Shown here piece by piece: positions 9,123 through 19,567 of a DNA stretch of 62,584 bases. Every line of letters begins with the position of its first letter. The first letter of the stretch is position 1. The stretch spans positions 1 to 62,584 of the forward strand of contig JAQBVF010000022.1 in the NCBI GenBank assembly GCA_027623675.1. Reading direction: 5' to 3'. Below the pieces are notes generated by a model. The model was not told the origin of the DNA, did no database searches, and worked only from the letters and a program-made list of their open reading frames with translations. Source of the DNA: Chloroflexota bacterium (GTDB lineage: Bacteria; Chloroflexota; Dehalococcoidia; Lucifugimonadales; UBA3495). A program made the translations under genes and the position numbers.

Positions 9123-9824
9123 GTGTTTGCGTTGATCCTGGCCGGCGGGAAGGGCGAAAGGCTCCGCCCGCTCACCGATACCCTGCCCAAACCCATGGTC
9201 CCCGTCTGCGGTAAGCCCATCTTGGAGCATCAAGTTGGGTGGCTTAAGGAGGGCGGCGTGACCGATGTGGTCTTCTTGGCCGGATACCGCTCGGAAGCGA
9301 TCAAGGACTACTTCGGCGACGGCAGCGCCTTCGGGGTCAACGCCCATTACTCCGTCGAAGACTCACCGATGGGCCGGGGCGGGGCCATCAAGATGGGATT
9401 CCCCGTGGTTCCCGAGACCGAGGACACCGTTGCCGTGCTGAACGGCGATATCATCACCGCTGAGACCCTCGAGAACCTGTCCGTCCGGCACAACGAATGT
9501 CTGACGTCCAACAGTGCCCACCTCGCGACCATCATGGCCGTACCCATGGTCAGCCCCTACGGACTGGTGGACATGGATGAGGCGGACACCGTGACCGGGT
9601 TTCGTGAGAAAGTGGAGATGGAGCACTGGATCAATGGCGGGATATATCTCTTCCAGCGTTCCATAGCCGCCGAATTCCCGGACCTGGGCGACCACGAGAC
9701 CGAGACCTTCCCCCGGCTGGCACGCGCCGGACAACTTGCGGCGTTCAAGTCGCGCAGTTTCTGGCGCAGCGTGGACTCTTTCAAGGACCTGCGCGAAGCG
9801 GAAGACTATGTTGGCGGCCGGTGA
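9123..9824 (+). CDS. Sugar-phosphate nucleotidyltransferase (mannose-1-P guanylyltransferase-like)
   Basis: ILAGGKGERLRPLTDTLPKPM, VLNGDI, INGGIY; candidate promoter TTGACC-18-TATATT at 9038-9067. Confidence 0.88.
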   Translation: MFALILAGGKGERLRPLTDTLPKPMVPVCGKPILEHQVGWLKEGGVTDVVFLAGYRSEAIKDYFGDGSAFGVNAHYSVEDSPMGRGGAIKMGFPVVPETEDTVAVLNGDIITAETLENLSVRHNECLTSNSAHLATIMAVPMVSPYGLVDMDEADTVTGFREKVEMEHWINGGIYLFQRSIAAEFPDLGDHETETFPRLARAGQLAAFKSRSFWRSVDSFKDLREAEDYVGGR

Positions 9825-9913
9825 CCGCCTGACGCGACCCGGTATGAAACCCGGTGCGCCCGGGTGGCATTGAACCGGCGAGGACTCAAATCCGTATAGG
9901 CATTGTGAGTACC

Positions 9914-10894
9914 ATGGCCCAGAGCGAAGCGGCAATGGCAGACACGCCGGACGGCATATCCGGGGCCGTATCCAACGCGGTCGCCCGGATCAAGGCCAAC
10001 ATCGAGCGTGTGCTGGTGGGCAAAGGCGACGTCATCGAGTTGACCCTTGCCGCAGTCCTGAGCGGCGGCCACGTCCTGGTGGAAGACGTTCCTGGAATCG
10101 GCAAGACCACCCTGGCGCGTTGCCTCGCCGACTCCCTGCAATGTTCCTTCAAGCGAATCCAATGCACCCCCGACCTGATGCCTTCGGACATCACCGGGGT
10201 CCACTTCTACAATCAAAAGTCCAGCGAATTTGAGTTCCGGCCAGGACCCATATTGGCGCAGGTGGTGCTGGCCGACGAGATCAACCGGGCCACCCCCCGG
10301 ACCCAGTCGGCGATGCTGGAAGCCATGGCCGAGGGTCAATTGACCGTGGACGACATGACCATCCCCCTGCCAACCCCGTTCCTGTTGATCGCCACTCAGA
10401 ACCCCATCGAATTGGAAGGCACGTTTCCCTTGCCAGAGGCCCAGTTGGACCGATTCTTGGTCCGGATCCGCATGGGCTATCCGGATGAAGCGGAAGAGGG
10501 GGAGATGCTGGCCCGGTTCAATGGGGCAAACCCCATGGCCGACCTTCAGCCGGTGTATGACGGCACGGAGTTGCTGGACCTGCAGCGCTTGGTCCAGCTG
10601 GTTTACGTGGACCCCGTGCTGAGCAACTATATCGTCAGGTTGGTCCGGGCCACCCGCCAACATGAAGATGTGGAGTTGGGCGCCAGCCCTAGGGCGACCA
10701 TGGGCCTGTATCGCTGCTCCCAGGCGATGGCCGCCATCCGAGGACGTGGATTCGTCGGGCCCGACGACGTGAAATTCCTGGCCCCTTACACCCTGGCCCA
10801 CCGGATCATCATCAAGTCTCAGGCGCGGCTGCGGGAGCGGTCGGCCGAAAATGTGATTTCCGACGTCCTGTCTTCCGTCGAAGTCCCGGTGTAA
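9914..10894 (+). CDS. MoxR-family AAA+ ATPase
   Basis: EDVPGIGKT, TPDLMPSDITG, LADEINRA, ATQNPIELEGTFPLPEAQLDRF; start codon uncertain (9914 or 9935). Confidence 0.93.
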   Translation: MAQSEAAMADTPDGISGAVSNAVARIKANIERVLVGKGDVIELTLAAVLSGGHVLVEDVPGIGKTTLARCLADSLQCSFKRIQCTPDLMPSDITGVHFYNQKSSEFEFRPGPILAQVVLADEINRATPRTQSAMLEAMAEGQLTVDDMTIPLPTPFLLIATQNPIELEGTFPLPEAQLDRFLVRIRMGYPDEAEEGEMLARFNGANPMADLQPVYDGTELLDLQRLVQLVYVDPVLSNYIVRLVRATRQHEDVELGASPRATMGLYRCSQAMAAIRGRGFVGPDDVKFLAPYTLAHRIIIKSQARLRERSAENVISDVLSSVEVPV

Positions 10895-10969
10895 GACGAA
10901 AATCCCGGTGTAAAACGAAAGCGCCGGTTCAAGAATGTCCCGGCTTAGGTTCCCAGGCTAAAGGCACCA

Positions 10970-12262
10970 ATGCTCAACGATTTTTGGATCCTGGTCAGCG
11001 GCATCATGATCTTCATCGGCCTGGTGGCCAGTGAAGGTCTGCTCCTGGTGGTTGGCTCGTTGGTGATCGTTTTGGCCATCGCAGCCCGCATTTGGGACCG
11101 CTACGCCTTCCATTCCGTGAGCCACGAGCGTTACATCGGCCGCAAGCGGGCCTTCATCGGCGACACCGTGGAGTACACAGTCTCGCTGGATAATGACAAA
11201 GTTCTGCCGCTGATCTGGGTGGACATCCAAGACTCCTTTCCCGACGGACTGGACCTGACCGGCGCGACCATGCGGGGTTCCGTTATGGAGTCCAACCGCC
11301 AGCACACCATAACCACATCCCTGCTCCCGTATCAGAAAGCCACTTGGAAATACACCATGAAGTGCTCGGAGCGCGGCTACCACCGCATCGGCCCGGTCCG
11401 GTTGCGCACGGGTGACATCTTTGGGTTCAGCTCGGCCGAAACACGCTACTCCGGATTCAACCATATCCTGGTCTATCCCAGAGTGGTGGACGTGGAAAGA
11501 CTGGTCTTTCCGCCGGAGCATCCCCTGGGTGATGTGAAGGGCTCCAAGCCGCTGTATTTCGATACCAACCGCGTGGTCGGCCAGCGGGATTACCAGTCCC
11601 GAGACCCCCTGAAACACATCGACTGGAAGGCCACCGCCCGCGCCGGGCATCTCCAAACCAAGGTCTTTGAGCCGGTGATATCGCTGAACATGCTGATCGT
11701 CATGAACGGTTCGACCCGCGACCACTCTTGGCAGGGCAGCAACCGACGCCTGTTCGAGCGCACGGTCACGGTTGCGGCCTCGGTGGCGGAGTTGGCGGAC
11801 CGCCGCGGTTACAGTTACGGCGTGGTCAGCAATGCGGTGGCGAGCTACTCCGGAAAATGGATCAACGTTCCCTTGGGCGCGTCGTCAACACAGCTTTCAA
11901 TGGCCCTGGAAGCGCTGGCCATGGCGGCCCCGTACGTGGTTGCTCCACTCTCGGAGGTGGTCAACTCCAGGCGCGAATCGTTGCCCGCCGGCACGACGGT
12001 CCTGCTGGTTACTCCGGCCTTGGGGGACTCGCTGATCAACGAGATTGCGGGGATGCGGGACCACGGATTTCACGTCATGGTGCTTTACACCGGAGACGGG
12101 ATTCCCGAGCGCGACCTGGGCGGCATCCAGGTGATACCCATGGCTGGCATCTTGGACGAACTTCCGGGACACGGCGTTGACGACAACGGCGGGCTGGAGC
12201 CAAGCGACCCCGATGCCCGGTTCCGCCGCCCCCTGGACCGGGTGCCCACGGGTGGAACATGA
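10970..12262 (+). CDS. DUF58 domain protein
   Basis: RG..GDIFGF, VYP, RDYQSRDPLKHIDWKATAR motif; follows MoxR. Confidence 0.88.
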   Translation: MLNDFWILVSGIMIFIGLVASEGLLLVVGSLVIVLAIAARIWDRYAFHSVSHERYIGRKRAFIGDTVEYTVSLDNDKVLPLIWVDIQDSFPDGLDLTGATMRGSVMESNRQHTITTSLLPYQKATWKYTMKCSERGYHRIGPVRLRTGDIFGFSSAETRYSGFNHILVYPRVVDVERLVFPPEHPLGDVKGSKPLYFDTNRVVGQRDYQSRDPLKHIDWKATARAGHLQTKVFEPVISLNMLIVMNGSTRDHSWQGSNRRLFERTVTVAASVAELADRRGYSYGVVSNAVASYSGKWINVPLGASSTQLSMALEALAMAAPYVVAPLSEVVNSRRESLPAGTTVLLVTPALGDSLINEIAGMRDHGFHVMVLYTGDGIPERDLGGIQVIPMAGILDELPGHGVDDNGGLEPSDPDARFRRPLDRVPTGGT

Positions 12263-13656
12263 GCATGTCGTGGCGGAACAACTCAGTCACCGCCGTGGCA
12301 ATGTTCCTGGAGACCTGCGCGCTCTACCTGGCATTCGCGGCGGTGTCGGCCGTGATAGACCAGCCAGGGATATTGCTCCCGTTCTGGCTGGTTCTACTGT
12401 CTTTGGCCTGGTCCTTCGGCTTCATGACCTACATCCTTTCGGTGAACGTTAATCCGCGTATCAGGGGCGTGATCGGCGCCTCAGCCGGGCTGCCGTCGCT
12501 GCTTTTCCTGGTCCATATGAATACCGGGGCCGGGTTCCTGCCGGTGGACACGTTGATGTCCGGCGATGTGCAAGCCACCGTGGGCATCGTTGGGACCCTG
12601 GTGTGGCTGATGGTCATATGGTGGCGGGGCAGCACCATGGCCCGAGAGGACATAACGCTGGACGCCGTGCGCTCCGCGTTCCTGTGGGGTTTGGGCGTGC
12701 TTTTCATCACCGCGCTGGTGGATAGCATGGCGGAAGAGAGGGTGGTGAGCGGCTTTCTGGTGATCGGCTTCTTCGCCGTTGGGCTGCTGGGCCTGTCCCT
12801 GGCCCGCTTCTCCTCGGAGAGCGGCGAAACCCATGTGATGTCCCGGGAGTGGGTGATGCCCATCCTGGTCAGCGTGGGAGCGGTTGTGGTCTTGGGGCTT
12901 TTCATCAGCGCCATCGGTCTGGGCGGCCTGGACGATGTGACCAGGGATACGCTGAGCTTTGGCGGCACCGCCGGGTTCTGGATACTGCGCCCGCTCATGC
13001 TGTTGATGGGACTGTTCGCCGGCGTGGTCGTGGGCTTCGTAAACTGGTTGTCGGGTATGTTCGGCGGCGGCGATTTCACCGGACTGATCAACGCACAGGC
13101 CGAGCTGGATGCTTTCCACCAGAGGCTGAGAGAGCAGAGCGAGGAGAAAGAGGCCTCGACGGCCCTGATCACGGCGTTGAAATGGACCGCCTTGATCGTG
13201 GCCGGGTCCATCGCCAGTTTCGTGGTCTACCGGCTGTTCCGGTCCCGCCGGTACAAGAGTCCGGAAGGCGATGTGGAAGAAACCAGGGAGTCCCTTTTCA
13301 CCTGGAGGCGGGCCAACGATGACCTGTCGGGCATGCTGGCCGGATGGTGGCATCGGATGTTCCCGGTGCAGGACAGAGATCCCCATGGAGACCGGCAACC
13401 ATCCACCCCCAGGGAGTTTTACCACGGCTTCTTGGCGCTGGCCGCACGGCTGGGACACCCCCGGCGCGATTGGGAGACGCCCAACGAGCATCAGCGCGGC
13501 ATCTGGGGGCTACTGCCGGTCGACCCTGTCTACCGGATCGTGCAACGGTTCCAGCGCTCCCACTACGGAAAAGATGAGGCGGACAACGCCGGTCTGCAAG
13601 CCCTAGGGGAGGACTGGACCGAGTTGAACGATTTCTTGAAGCGGGAAGAACTTTAG
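12259..13656 (+). CDS. Multi-pass membrane protein with C-terminal DUF4129
   Basis: Many hydrophobic segments; LGHPRRDWETPNEH...FQRSHYG C-terminal motif; 4-nt overlap with DUF58. Confidence 0.75.
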   Translation: MSMSWRNNSVTAVAMFLETCALYLAFAAVSAVIDQPGILLPFWLVLLSLAWSFGFMTYILSVNVNPRIRGVIGASAGLPSLLFLVHMNTGAGFLPVDTLMSGDVQATVGIVGTLVWLMVIWWRGSTMAREDITLDAVRSAFLWGLGVLFITALVDSMAEERVVSGFLVIGFFAVGLLGLSLARFSSESGETHVMSREWVMPILVSVGAVVVLGLFISAIGLGGLDDVTRDTLSFGGTAGFWILRPLMLLMGLFAGVVVGFVNWLSGMFGGGDFTGLINAQAELDAFHQRLREQSEEKEASTALITALKWTALIVAGSIASFVVYRLFRSRRYKSPEGDVEETRESLFTWRRANDDLSGMLAGWWHRMFPVQDRDPHGDRQPSTPREFYHGFLALAARLGHPRRDWETPNEHQRGIWGLLPVDPVYRIVQRFQRSHYGKDEADNAGLQALGEDWTELNDFLKREEL

Positions 13657-13718
13657 TCCGGCTGACCAAGGCTTAACCTGGCTAAACCTGGCGTCCGGTG
13701 ACTAAGCGCGTTATCCGG

Positions 13719-14603
13719 TTAGCTCTTGTTGCCGGCCCGCAGCGCGTCGATCACTTCTCTGATCTCCTCGAACCTGACGTAGCGGATGTTTCCATCGAAG
13801 TTGGACGAAGTGACCAACGTTCCCAGGTACTCGCCGTATATGTTGAAGACCCCGCCTCCGCTCATGCCGTTGGTTGCGGCTGCGTCGACCTGGCCTACGG
13901 AGTATTCGCCGGGAACGATGGTCCACAATGCCCCGATACGGCCAAAAGTCACCAGCGGGGTAATGGTTGATATGGAAGGAACGAATCCGATCAGCGCCAC
14001 CTGGTAGCCGATGTCTTCGACGGACCGCTGGGATAGGTCGGCGAACACTTGGTTGGAGAACGGCAGACTGACGGTCACCCCTTCGGCTGGGTTGTCCAGT
14101 GTAAGCAACGCCAGGTCCCGGTGAGAGTCGTAACCGGTTACGGTAGCCCCTTGGTAGCCCCCACCGTCGACCGAAACTTCCACTCGGCTCGACCCGGTGA
14201 TAACGTGCTCGGCGGTGATGATCTCAGTTGGTGATATGCGTACGCCGGAACCCTGGGAAAATGGGAGGTTGACGAACGTCACCGCGCTGCGCAGATCGCC
14301 GATAAAATCGCTGAAATCGGGCGGCGGCTTGCCCGGCAGGCCAACCGGTCCTCGGGGTCCGGTGAACCCTGGGAACCCCCGTGGCCCGGGATCGCCCTTG
14401 GGACCCGGTGGGCCAACCGGTCCGGGTTCTCCCTGGCTGCCTTGTTCCCCTGCCGGGCCCGCTATTCCGGCAGGCCCGGGCGCGCCGGTTGCCCCCTGGC
14501 AGGCCATGAGAACAGACGCGCCAACCACGGCCAAAGTTATGAGCGCCCCGCGGAATAAATATCCGGGGCCGATATTCGCAATCTTCGGATTCAAGGGATA
14601 CAC
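13719..14603 (-). CDS. Lipoprotein with collagen-like G-X-Y repeat and trypsin-like serine protease domain
   Basis: Lipobox LMAC, 19 G-X-Y triplets, catalytic TAEHV / DLALL / GMSGG. Confidence 0.82.
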   Translation of the reverse strand: MYPLNPKIANIGPGYLFRGALITLAVVGASVLMACQGATGAPGPAGIAGPAGEQGSQGEPGPVGPPGPKGDPGPRGFPGFTGPRGPVGLPGKPPPDFSDFIGDLRSAVTFVNLPFSQGSGVRISPTEIITAEHVITGSSRVEVSVDGGGYQGATVTGYDSHRDLALLTLDNPAEGVTVSLPFSNQVFADLSQRSVEDIGYQVALIGFVPSISTITPLVTFGRIGALWTIVPGEYSVGQVDAAATNGMSGGGVFNIYGEYLGTLVTSSNFDGNIRYVRFEEIREVIDALRAGNKS

Positions 14604-14697
14604 TGGTCTCCGGCTGGTGACCGTCGCGGCAGACTACAACGTCCTGCTGCGGCGTTTTTGTTTGACTTATCCCGATACGGTGGTAGACCAGGTTTAG

Positions 14698-15969
14698 ATG
14701 TACCGACTCGCAACTAGACTTCCCTTCTTCTACGGCTGGGCCATCCTCTTCGCTGCCGGCAGCACGATGATTGTACGCAACTCGGCCGCCAGCCTTACCT
14801 TAGCAGTCTTCATCTATCCGATGTCCGAAGACCTGGGCTGGAGCCGGACCCTGATCGCCGGGGCGGCCAGCTTGGGCGGGCTGCTGGCGACCGGGGCCTC
14901 GCCGTTGGTCGGTTGGGCGCTGGACCGTTACGGGGCCAGAGTCATTCTAACGGGCAGCATCCTGGTCTTGGGTATCGCCACCGTGTCTCTGGCCTGGGCC
15001 ACGGTGCCCATCGCATTCTATCTGGCCTATGCAACCATCCGCGTGCTGTTCTCCAGTCCCTTGAACCTGGGTTCTTCGGTGGTAGTCTCGCGCTGGTTCG
15101 TCAGACGCCGTGGGCGGTCCACTGGGATACTGTTCTCGTCCCATTCCATCGGCATGATCACGTTTCCACTGATAGCCGGGTTGGTCATCAAGTACCGGGG
15201 CTGGGAGGACGCCTGGATCGTTCTGGGAGCTTTGGTCTGGATATTGGCCTTGGGCCCGGTCTCCATGCTGGTCCGGCAGAGTCCAGAGTCGGTTGGCCTG
15301 CTGCCCGACGGCGACCCACCAGGCGAGGCTCGCGCCGGCACGGAGGCCGCCACCGCGCCCGAGGAGCCGAGTTGGACCATGCGGGAGGCCGCCCGCACTC
15401 CCACGCTCTGGCTTTTGGCCCTTTCCACCGGATCATTGTATCTGTTGCAGTCCGGAACCAACATCCATCAGGGGGCATATTTCCTGGACCAAGGCCTGGG
15501 AGTGGGGGTGTCGGCCACCACCTTGAGCCTGAACGCGGTGTTCACCGGGGCCGGGAGCCTATTCTGGGGTTGGGTCGTGGAAAGGGTTCCCGTTCGCTTC
15601 ACCTACGCCGGGGTGGCGCTGCTGATGGCGGGGGCCCTGATATTGTTTCCCCTGGCTGACACTGCCATCGAGGCGTTCTTCGTGGCCTCGGTCTTCGGCG
15701 CGGCGGTGGGCGGGATCTTGGTGGTGCCGGTGGTGGCCTACGCCAACTACTTTGGGCGGCGGTCGCTCAGCGCCATCCGGGGGGTGACCGAGCCGTTCGT
15801 GTCGCTGGGCCAAGCCATCGGCGCATTATTCTCCGGCATCGTTTACGACGTAACCGGCAGCTACAGATCAGCCTTCGTAGTCCTAGCCATCATCGGCTTT
15901 GTCACCATCGGCATGCTGCTGATGACGCGGGCGCCCAAACGGGCCGTTGTGGCGGTTATCGCGCCTTAG
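14698..15969 (+). CDS. MFS transporter (OFA/MCT-like)
   Basis: About 12 TM segments, GWALDRYGAR motif A, WFVRRRG. Confidence 0.88.
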   Translation: MYRLATRLPFFYGWAILFAAGSTMIVRNSAASLTLAVFIYPMSEDLGWSRTLIAGAASLGGLLATGASPLVGWALDRYGARVILTGSILVLGIATVSLAWATVPIAFYLAYATIRVLFSSPLNLGSSVVVSRWFVRRRGRSTGILFSSHSIGMITFPLIAGLVIKYRGWEDAWIVLGALVWILALGPVSMLVRQSPESVGLLPDGDPPGEARAGTEAATAPEEPSWTMREAARTPTLWLLALSTGSLYLLQSGTNIHQGAYFLDQGLGVGVSATTLSLNAVFTGAGSLFWGWVVERVPVRFTYAGVALLMAGALILFPLADTAIEAFFVASVFGAAVGGILVVPVVAYANYFGRRSLSAIRGVTEPFVSLGQAIGALFSGIVYDVTGSYRSAFVVLAIIGFVTIGMLLMTRAPKRAVVAVIAP

Positions 15970-16101
15970 CAGGCTGGACTGACAACATCTTATTCACCGG
16001 TGCTATCGTAATATCAAAACGTGCCAATCTGACGTTTTAAAGCAACTAAAGGTCAACTGATTACTTCATCTTGGGACAGTCGGTCAAGGTGATGATTCAA
16101 A

Positions 16102-16590
16102 TTGAACGAAATTCCAGAGCCGAGAGCCAGGGCCTTCGTTTCGTATTCAAATGTGGACCGGATTATCGGTGCCCAAGTTAAAGACGTTCTGGAATATGTC
16201 GGCATCGATACTTTTCTAGCTCATGATCACTTGCAGGTGTCAGAGGAATGGCGTACAAGAATCCTTGAAGAGTTAAGTCAGTGCGATATTTTTGTTCCGC
16301 TATTTAGCAGACACTTTTTGGAATCTCATTGTGCTCAACAAGAAGCTGGGTTTGAAGCTGGGTTTATCGTATCGAGACAGAAGTGGCGATTGCCCCATTA
16401 TCGATTGACGGAACTATTCCAACGGGATTCTTGACTTACTTGCAGAGCCGGCAAATCCCTAATGAAGGGGTAACCCAGGAATTGCTAGTCGCCCCCTTGC
16501 GCGTCGAATCCCGAGGTTGATTATTCCGAGATTGATTAACATCGTCGCAGGAGCTAGAACTTACCGAGAACTGATTCGTGCCCAAGGAGC
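16102..16590 (+). pseudogene. Frameshifted TIR-domain (TIR_2) gene
   Basis: AFVSYS...WRTRILEELSQCDIFVPLFSRHFLES..QQE; protein-like sequence continues in other frames (EVAIAPLSIDGTIPTGFL..., then ARRIPRLIIPRLI...); AT-richer than flanks. Confidence 0.65.
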
Positions 16591-16687
16591 TAGCGTTACA
16601 TCGGATACATTACGAGTGCTCGAGTACCAGATTCGAAATGATGAATCGTTCCGCGAAGACGACCTTCCACCGTTTTAAGGAACGCCT

Positions 16688-17587
16688 CTACCGGAACTCT
16701 GGCAGCACCTCTGACGCGATGGTCTCCATCAGGCGTTTTAGGGCCGGGACGTCGCCCGAGTTTAGGGCCAGGACCATGTGGTCTACGCCTGCGTCTTGGT
16801 AGGCTTTGATGGAGCCAACCATCAGGGCCGGGTCGTGACCGGGCAGGGTGGTCCGGCTGGCGGCGCGGTCGCTGGATGGCCTGCCGTGGACCTCGACCTC
16901 CACCCTGGTCGACCAACTCATGGCGCCGGGGTCCCTTCCCGCGGCCAAGGCGGCGTCGCTGATCTCCTGCTTCCCCAGCGCGTACCCTTCCGCCGAGACG
17001 CCGGTGGGATGCCAGCCGTCGCCCCGGATGGCGGTGCGTTTCATGGCGCCGGGACTGGAGCCGCCAACCCACACCGGGATGGTCGGCTGCTTGGGCTTGG
17101 GTGAGAAGTAGAGGTCCGAGAAATCCCAACGCTTGCTCTGGTACTTGGGCAGGTGGTTGGACCACAGCTCCTTCATGATGTCGATGCACTCGTCGGTCAG
17201 CGAGCCCCTCTGGCGCATGGAGATCCCCAGGGCCTCAAACTCCTCGGTCATGGCGCCCACGCCGACGCCCAGGGTGACCCTGCCGCCGGATATCTGGTCC
17301 AGCGTGGCGGCGTACTTGGCCAGCTCCACCGGATTGTGATAGGGCAGCACCAGGACCGACGTTCCGAGCGTCACCTTCTTCGTGGTGGCCGCCAGGAACG
17401 ACAGGGTGGACATGGGGTGGTAGTAGGGTTTGTCCTGCAACCGCTCTTTGATGTAGCCGGTGTTGAACAGGTGGTCCATCACCCAAACGGAATCGAAGCC
17501 CAGGCTCTCGGCCATGGGTCCGAAGTCCAGTACCTCTTGCGGGTCGTCGATTCCCCAGTTGTTGGGGATTGTCACGCCAATCTTCAC
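16688..17587 (-). CDS. LLM-class (luciferase-like) F420/flavin-dependent oxidoreductase
   Basis: AESLGFDSVWVMDH, LGTSVLVLPYHNP, ATLDQISGGRVTLGVG, PKPKQ..PVWVGG. Confidence 0.9.
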   Translation of the reverse strand: MKIGVTIPNNWGIDDPQEVLDFGPMAESLGFDSVWVMDHLFNTGYIKERLQDKPYYHPMSTLSFLAATTKKVTLGTSVLVLPYHNPVELAKYAATLDQISGGRVTLGVGVGAMTEEFEALGISMRQRGSLTDECIDIMKELWSNHLPKYQSKRWDFSDLYFSPKPKQPTIPVWVGGSSPGAMKRTAIRGDGWHPTGVSAEGYALGKQEISDAALAAGRDPGAMSWSTRVEVEVHGRPSSDRAASRTTLPGHDPALMVGSIKAYQDAGVDHMVLALNSGDVPALKRLMETIASEVLPEFR

Positions 17588-17642
17588 GGGGCGCTCCTTG
17601 GTGGTTTGATAGTTGATTCCGGAGGTTAGGCCACGTCCGGGG

Positions 17643-18116
17643 CTAGGCCGTGTTGGCGGCTTCGATGATCCGGGCGGTCTCGATGGCCGCCACGGCCGTG
17701 TTGGCGCCCATGTTGCCGGCCTTGCCGCCGGACCGGTTCAACGCCTGTTCCATGTTCTCGGTGGTGAGCACTCCGAAGATCGCCGGGATCCCGGTTTCCA
17801 GGCCGACGGAGCTGATGCCGCTGGCCGACTGGCCGGCTACCATGTCGTAGTGGGAGGTCTCGCCGCGGATGACGGCCCCCAGGCAGATGATGGCATGGAA
17901 CCGCCCCGACTTGGCCAGGGCCTTGGCCACCACCGGCAACTCGAAAGACCCAGGCACCCAGCTTACAGTGATGTCTTCGTCTCGGACTCCGTGACGGACC
18001 AGTGTCTCAACGGCTGAGTCCAGCAATTTTCGCGTGATGATCTCGTTGAAACGGGCGACGACCACTCCTATCTGAAGTCCCTGTCCGTTCATATTTGCCT
18101 TTAATTCTTTGGGCAC
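17643..18116 (-). CDS. ribH: 6,7-dimethyl-8-ribityllumazine synthase
   Basis: [36 protein letters not shown]. Confidence 0.96.
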   Translation of the reverse strand: MPKELKANMNGQGLQIGVVVARFNEIITRKLLDSAVETLVRHGVRDEDITVSWVPGSFELPVVAKALAKSGRFHAIICLGAVIRGETSHYDMVAGQSASGISSVGLETGIPAIFGVLTTENMEQALNRSGGKAGNMGANTAVAAIETARIIEAANTA

Positions 18117-18859
18117 GCTGATTTCTCCTGGTGCAGGCTATTTGTGGGTTGGGCTTGGCCCTGTGCGGGGTCCGTCGGTTGGCGCATGCCGCACTGGATG
18201 ATCTTTTCGACGTACTCCGGTTCTGAGACCAGGCCGGGGATGTGGGTGTGCTCGTTCACCACGGTGTGGGGGACCGCCCGGAAGCCGTATCGCTGGCCTA
18301 GAGCCGGGAATTCTTCGATCTCCACCACGTCGGCGGTGATGTGCTGGTTCTCCAAAGCCAGGGCGTGGGCCAGCCGTGCGACGGACGGGCACTCGCTGTT
18401 GCCCGGTGTAACGAAAACCTGGATATGCACCGGCTGGTTGATTTGACGCAGCTTCTTCCGCGTGTCCATGCTCAGCGGGCTGACGCCTCGCGACATGGTT
18501 TTGATGTTCTCTACGACGACGGTCGATTGGTAGCCCATGGGCATGCCGAAGAACCGCAGTTTTGGTCCGTATTTAGGGCCGAACGCGATGGCCGGCACCT
18601 TGGTTATACCCTCTTCTGAGGCCAGTTCCGGTTGGGCCAGGATGTCCACGATCTCCAGGTGCAGCTTCGGCGACAGGGCTGTCAATTCTTCCAGCATCTG
18701 CTGGGCTTGAGCGCAGTAACGGCACTCACCTCCGGGCAGGGCGATGGGCGATGGGCGCTGGGTGAACAGGCGCAGGGTGACCTCAGCCTTAAGGTCCTTG
18801 CGGAAGGTCCTTTTCAACTGGGACTTGTCCTGGGCGGGAATTATCGCCTGTTGGGTCAT
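18101..18859 (-). CDS. Two-domain thioredoxin/glutaredoxin-like protein (PDO/AhpF N-terminal type)
   Basis: CRYC in domain 1, IQVFVTP..CP in domain 2, AVP cis-Pro loop. Confidence 0.8.
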   Translation of the reverse strand: MTQQAIIPAQDKSQLKRTFRKDLKAEVTLRLFTQRPSPIALPGGECRYCAQAQQMLEELTALSPKLHLEIVDILAQPELASEEGITKVPAIAFGPKYGPKLRFFGMPMGYQSTVVVENIKTMSRGVSPLSMDTRKKLRQINQPVHIQVFVTPGNSECPSVARLAHALALENQHITADVVEIEEFPALGQRYGFRAVPHTVVNEHTHIPGLVSEPEYVEKIIQCGMRQPTDPAQGQAQPTNSLHQEKSACPKN

Positions 18860-18955
18860 GCGATCTCGAACGCCAGGAATCCGGCGAGTTAGTCTCGCGC
18901 GGGTTCCCGAATGCGGAATCTTGAATGCAGACCAGTTTACACGGGACGGTGAGGG

Positions 18956-19567
18956 TTATCCAGCTTTGTCCAACAGGTCTCGGATGGTGAACAGGCGTTG
19001 AAACAGCGTGAAGCAGGAGACTACGGCGATACCCAGCAGGAACCACTCTATCTGACCGGTGATCAGCCCGGCGCCCAGCAACACGACCCGCTCGGGCCGG
19101 GTCATCAGGCCCGCTTTGGTGAACACGCCCAGGCCCTCGCCCCGGGCGCGGAGATAGCTGACGCCTTGGGAGAATATGAGGGCCAAGAGCAGCACGATGA
19201 CGAAGAAGACCTGCCGGTCGTCGCTCATGTCTGCCCGGAGCGCGTAAACCCCCAGCCCAACGAACAAGGCGGCTTCGCTGAGCCGGTCAAACACGGAATC
19301 CAGCAGCGCTCCGAAGGGGCTGACCTTGTCCGTGAGTCTGGCTAGCGCGCCGTCAAGCAGGTCCAGTCCGCCGCCAAAGAGAAAGACGATCCCTCCCGCC
19401 AGCATCCAACCGGAGCCGACCAGATAGGCGGCGGCGACCGCGATCAGGAATCCAAGGATGGTGATGCCGTTGGGGGTGAACTTCAGCGCGCGGAAGAATC
19501 TGGCGCCCGGAAGCTCGATGTAGCGGAGGACCGCCGACCTAAACTGTTCTCGTCCCGGTAGCGTCAT
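18956..19567 (-). CDS. CDP-alcohol phosphatidyltransferase, probable phosphatidylinositol-phosphate synthase
   Basis: TPN, DLLDGALAR...GALLDSVFDR signature, SYLRARGE, GLMTRPER; in operon with ino1. Confidence 0.85.
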   Translation of the reverse strand: MTLPGREQFRSAVLRYIELPGARFFRALKFTPNGITILGFLIAVAAAYLVGSGWMLAGGIVFLFGGGLDLLDGALARLTDKVSPFGALLDSVFDRLSEAALFVGLGVYALRADMSDDRQVFFVIVLLLALIFSQGVSYLRARGEGLGVFTKAGLMTRPERVVLLGAGLITGQIEWFLLGIAVVSCFTLFQRLFTIRDLLDKAG

